Source: Macrostomum lignano
Taxonomy: Eukaryota
Length of the DNA stretch: 64,000 nt
Reading direction: 5' to 3'
NCBI GenBank assembly: GCA_002269645.1
Contig: NIVC01002201.1
Location: 270,429-334,428, forward strand
The position numbers were made by a program, and so were the translations under genes. Numbering within the stretch: the stretch's first letter is position 1; each line of letters starts with the position of its first letter. The notes under the pieces were generated by a model. The model was not told the origin of the DNA and made no database searches. It saw nothing but the letters and a program-made list of their open reading frames with translations. This document shows positions 63,076 through 64,000 of the stretch, piece after piece.

Positions 63076-63488
63076 TCAATGAGGGCGACCTTCTGTATCA
63101 AAGACACCGGTTTTTTGATAGTGGTGCTACCGGACGTACTGTCACTCGCACGAGTGTTAACAGCCAAGGTGATCCCTAAGGACTCCACTTCAGTGGCCAT
63201 GGAGGAGTCAACTATTGTGGCTGGCGAGTCGGAGCAGAATTCCGCCATCTTGGCGAGCTCGGTGCGTGCACGCGCGTGGATTTTGTTCGCGTCCTCTAGC
63301 ATTTTATCAACCGATGAGATGATCCGCACCGAGTTTCGGAAGGAAGTACAAGTCTGCCGATACTCGAGGGCAAGCTGGTGCAAATCAGCCTTCATGCTGG
63401 ATACTTTTCCTTCGACAGACTGCGCCTCCGTGTCATGGTCACGTGAAAGCTCATCCAATGCCGCCTGGAGCCTCTCCTTGTCTTCCAT
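62889..63488 (-). CDS. Coiled-coil ORF, probably the N-terminal half of the BEN protein
   Basis: Non-repetitive 199-aa ORF; MEDKERLQAALDELSRDHDTEAQSVEGKVSSMKADLHQLALEY is heptad-like; overlaps the BEN frame by 187 nt. Confidence 0.55.
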   Translation of the reverse strand: MEDKERLQAALDELSRDHDTEAQSVEGKVSSMKADLHQLALEYRQTCTSFRNSVRIISSVDKMLEDANKIHARARTELAKMAEFCSDSPATIVDSSMATEVESLGITLAVNTRASDSTSGSTTIKKPVSLIQKVALIDAFPTVKVTDDSMRVLKQPSRDTTMPRKLLNESAYLASLTPQYCGLSSLRSSFRRVSGKDER

Positions 63489-63499
63489 GAGTGCTGTGC

Positions 63500-64000
63500 C
63501 TCTAATCCAGCCTCTAATTGAGCCTCGAATCCAGTCTCTAATTGAGCCTCGAATCCAGTCTCTAATCCAGCCTCTAATTCAGTCTCTAATACAGCCTCTA
63601 ATCCAGCCTCTAATTGAGCCTCGAATCCAGTCTCTAATCAGCCTCGAATCCAGTCTCTAATCCAGCCTCTAATTCAGTCTCTAATACAGCCTCTAATCCA
63701 GCCTCTAATTGAGCCTCGAATCCAGTCTCTAATCCAGCCTCGAATCCAGTCTCTAATCCAGCCTCTAATTCAGTCTCTAATACAGCCTCTAATCCAGCCT
63801 CTAATTGAGCCTCGAATCCAGTCTCTAATGAGCTCGAATCCAGTCTCTAATCCAGCCTCTAATTCAGTCTCTAATACAGCCTCTAATCCAGCCTCTAATT
63901 GAGCCTCGAATCCAGTCTCTAATTGAGCCTCGAATCCAGTCTCTAATCCAGCCTCTAATTCAGTCTCTAATACAGCCTCTAATCCAGCCTCTAATTGAGC
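63500..64000 (-). repeat. Array of 12-bp units (CAGCCTCTAATC, GAGCCTCGAATC, CAGTCTCTAATT), inverted relative to 60455-61850
   Basis: CAGCCTCTAATTGAGCCTC here is the exact reverse complement of GAGGCTCAATTAGAGGCTG in the left array; continues to the window end. Confidence 0.95.

Larger units (their letters stand above)
60294..64000. mobile_element. Putative CACTA/foldback-like element with inverted 12-bp subterminal arrays and a BEN-gene cargo (right end beyond the window)
   Basis: Starts TA|CCCGATGGAAAAT; AGAGGCT motif in both orientations at 60320-60435; head-to-tail array at 60455-61850; reverse-complement array at 63500-64000. Confidence 0.45.

Noticed and set aside
62986-63660. 224-aa plus-strand ORF
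   Set aside because: Antisense shadow of the coiled-coil/BEN gene, ending in the 12-bp repeat; no recognisable motifs.

Overview
Eukaryotic (animal) genomic DNA. GC-rich poly-Gln exons and minisatellite-filled introns suggest a Macrostomum-like flatworm, but that is inference only. I reconstructed by hand a complete 13-exon Caskin gene on the minus strand (42552..3233, 3582 nt, 1193 aa: ankyrin repeats, SH3, two SAM domains, Pro/Gln-rich region, conserved C-terminal helix), with every junction GT-AG and in phase. It also has a candidate alternative first exon (14236..13709). The last four coding exons of a TRPA-like channel lie on the plus strand (1..2322) and converge on Caskin. Roughly 45-50% of the window is about 27 tandem arrays with units of 2-53 bp, including a 7.4-kb palindromic 44-bp satellite with higher-order structure. 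Other features are an intact-looking intronic tRNA-Ile with the eukaryote-atypical GAT anticodon, two tRNA-derived SINE families (one CORE-like) and Tc1 and mariner remnants. The most unusual feature is at the right end: two oppositely oriented arrays of the same 12-bp motif flank a coiled-coil plus BEN-domain gene, suggesting a CACTA/foldback-like element that runs past the window edge. Most long ORFs in the supplied track are repeat artefacts. No database searches were run; family calls rest on motifs recognised from memory, and repeat boundaries are approximate.
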